Source: an uncultured delta proteobacterium (GTDB taxonomy: Bacteria > Myxococcota_A > Polyangia > Fen-1088). Taken from it: a stretch of DNA of 64,000 nucleotides. Positions 61,979 to 64,000 of this stretch are shown here, one piece after another. The stretch spans positions 2,336,001 through 2,400,000 of the forward strand of contig CAVYGB010000008.1 in assembly GCA_963767925.1 (NCBI GenBank), read 5' to 3'. Position 1 is the first letter of the stretch, and the number at the start of each line of letters is the position of its first letter. The notes below the pieces were generated by a model. The model did not search any database. It was given only the letters and a program-made list of their open reading frames with translations, and had not been told where the DNA came from. The position numbers were made by a program, and so were the translations under genes.

Positions 61979-62130
61979 CGTGCACGGAGACGTGTGACGG
62001 ATCCGAGCCCGTGCACGGGGCACGTGTGACGGTGCACGTTCACGAGCACGTGGCACGGCTCACGCTCACGCGCTCGTGCTCGTGCTCGTGCGAAGTGCAC
62101 GTCTGACATCTTTCGTGCACTTTCACGGAA
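61979..62130. repeat. CACG/GTGCAC-rich low-complexity repeat tract
   Basis: CGTGCACGG..ACGTGTGACGG twice, CTCACG twice, CTCGTG three times, and several GTGCAC. Confidence 0.55.
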
Positions 62131-62153
62131 GACGTATCCGTCACGACCGAACG

Positions 62154-62190
62154 AAAAAAAGCCCGCCCCCGGGGAGGGAGCGGGCTTTCT
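62154..62190 (-). terminator. Intrinsic terminator of the oxidoreductase gene
   Basis: Minus strand AAAGCCCGCTCC...GGGGCGGGCTTTTTTT. Confidence 0.8.
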
Positions 62191-62221
62191 GGGGCCGGGT
62201 GGCCCAGGGTCGGGGCGGGGC

Positions 62222-63676
62222 CTAGGCGGCGCCGTTGCCGCCGAGGTTGGGCACCACGAAGCCCTTGCGGTCGTTCCGCTTGAGCTGCTTGTTGGCGTCC
62301 TTGTCGTTCACGAACTGCTCGCTCTTGCCGTCCCACTTGAGCTCGCGACCCACCCGGTAGGAGATGTTCGCGATGAGGGGCAACACGCTCGACTTGTAGC
62401 CCTCCTCGATGTCGCAGGTGAGCATCTCCTGCTTGCCGGCCTTCACCGCGTCGATGAAGTTGCCGTAGTGGCCGCCGGTGCCGGTGCCCACCTGGTTGCG
62501 GGCGTCCGACTCCTCTTCCTTGATGTTCTTGGAGTCGGTGATGACCTCGTCCTTGTCGCTGAAGGCGGTCCAGTTGCCGCCGTCGTCGATCTCGAGGCGG
62601 CCCTTCTCCCCGTAGAACACGTCGCCGATCATGATGCCGGCGCCGCCGCGGCGGGCGTGCATGCCCTCGGCGTTGGTCGGGAGGCCCCGGGTCCCGAACT
62701 CGAGGATGGTCCCGTCGGCGTATTCGAAGATCGAGGTCTGCTCGTTCGGCGTCTCCTGCTGCGAGTCGCCGTAGAGGTACAGGCCGCCGAAGGAGCGCAC
62801 CTTGACCGGGTGGTCATCGCGCTTGAGGCCCCAGCGGGCCACGTCGAACTGGTGGGGGCCCTGGTTGGCGGTGTCGCCGCCGCCGTACTCCCACTGCCAG
62901 TGCCAGTTGTAGTGGAAGCGGTTCGGGTTGAACGGCTTCTTGGCGGCCGGCCCGATCCAGTTGTCGTAGTGCACCTTCTCCAGGTACGACGCCGTGAAGC
63001 CGTCCATGCTCTGGCCGCCGGGGGCGGCGGTGGTGAACTTGGCGGCGGTCATCGGGCCGTCGGGGTAGCGGCCGATGTTGCCCCGGCGCTTGTAACAGAG
63101 GCCACGCGCCCGGTAGACCTTGCCGAGCCCACCTTCGTGCAAGAACTTCATGGCGGCCATGGTGTTCTTGCGCGAGCGGTTCTGGAACCCGGTCTGGATC
63201 AGCACCTTGTGCTTGCGGGCGGCGTTGACCATCTGCCGGCCTTCCCAGACGGTGTGGCAGGCGGGCTTCTCGACGTAGACGTGTTTGCCGGCCTGGGCCG
63301 CCCAGATCGTGGCCAGCGCGTGCCAGTGGTTCGGGGTGGCGATGGTGACGGCGTGGATGTCCTTGTCGTCGAGCACCCGGCGCATGTCCCAGACCGTGTC
63401 GGGCTTGTACTTGTGGTCCTTCTCGACCCGGGCGGCGTTGCGGGCCGAGATGTTCTCGTCGATGTCACAGAGGGTCTTGAGGTGGACGCCAGCGATCCGG
63501 GGGAACGAGCCGACGTGCGAGCCACCCTGGCCGCGCATGCCGATGACCGCCAGGTTCACGCGGTCGTTGGCGCCGAGCACCTTGCCGGAGGGGTACCAGA
63601 ACATCGCGCTCGCGGTCGCCATTCCGGCGCCCTTCAAAATCTGTCGCCTGCTTGGGTTGCTGCTGGCCTTGGTCAT
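62222..63676 (-). CDS. Gfo/Idh/MocA family oxidoreductase, Tat signal
   Basis: SRRQIL signal; GANDRVNLAVIG, IATPNHWH, GKHVYVEKP, WHWQWEYGGG, NQGPHQFD. Confidence 0.93.
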   Translation of the reverse strand: MTKASSNPSRRQILKGAGMATASAMFWYPSGKVLGANDRVNLAVIGMRGQGGSHVGSFPRIAGVHLKTLCDIDENISARNAARVEKDHKYKPDTVWDMRRVLDDKDIHAVTIATPNHWHALATIWAAQAGKHVYVEKPACHTVWEGRQMVNAARKHKVLIQTGFQNRSRKNTMAAMKFLHEGGLGKVYRARGLCYKRRGNIGRYPDGPMTAAKFTTAAPGGQSMDGFTASYLEKVHYDNWIGPAAKKPFNPNRFHYNWHWQWEYGGGDTANQGPHQFDVARWGLKRDDHPVKVRSFGGLYLYGDSQQETPNEQTSIFEYADGTILEFGTRGLPTNAEGMHARRGGAGIMIGDVFYGEKGRLEIDDGGNWTAFSDKDEVITDSKNIKEEESDARNQVGTGTGGHYGNFIDAVKAGKQEMLTCDIEEGYKSSVLPLIANISYRVGRELKWDGKSEQFVNDKDANKQLKRNDRKGFVVPNLGGNGAA

Positions 63677-63921
63677 TGTCCCCCCCATTTGAGGTGTCTC
63701 ATGGTCGGTGGCGCCGGGCGTCCTTGCCCGCGGTGCTGCGCAGGTTAATCCGCGTGTGCCGGCGGGTAAACCCCGAGCACCGCGCAGGGGTGCTTTTTAC
63801 CCCTAAATCGCTGACAACGTTGCCGCGAGCGCGCCGCACGCGCGCCGCGGTAGCATCGTTCGGCGAGACCCCCCGCAGGGCCCGGCGCCGCGCTGGCCGC
63901 CGCCGGCAGAGCCCGGGCGTC

Positions 63922-64000
63922 TAGTCGAGCTCGGGGCGCAGCTCGGCCTCGACGGAGACGGCCTGGCCCTCTTCCGCTGAGATCTCGGCGTAGTGGGTGA
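63922..64000 (-). CDS. C-terminal end of a gene continuing beyond the window
   Basis: ...THYAEISAEEGQAVSVEAELRPELD* ending in TAG at 63922-63924. Confidence 0.45.

Overview
High-GC bacterial chromosome segment, very probably from a myxobacterium (Myxococcota). Markers for this are romR next to valS, a DUF1592/DUF1552 pair, an RCC1-repeat lipoprotein, a Ser/Thr kinase and several small proteins I recognise as typical of myxobacteria. The core genes are valS, rnhA, terC, cystathionine beta-synthase and gamma-lyase, an AddAB-like helicase/nuclease pair, a DEAD-box helicase, tldD/tldE, cysQ and an MFS transporter. Many of them carry single-base frameshifts that look like assembly errors. The most notable region is a ~10 kb accessory island (~43060-53027) at the 3' end of an initiator tRNA-Met gene, bounded by an 11-bp direct repeat of the tRNA 3' end. 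Amid decayed remnants (IS256-like, sigma54-activator, DUF5348-like, a VapBC-type pair) it holds one intact, translationally coupled 7-gene operon. The operon encodes a small nuclease-fold-like protein, a coiled-coil protein, a GT-B glycosyltransferase, three consecutive radical SAM enzymes and a membrane-anchored protein, and I cannot assign it to a known pathway. Also present are an MNIO (DUF692/DUF2063) RiPP cluster with a Cys-containing secreted precursor, tightly coupled to a gamma-glutamylcyclotransferase and a 2Fe-2S ferredoxin, and a collapsed receiver/CheR/CheB chimeric pseudogene. All family calls come from motif recognition by eye; no database searches were run.
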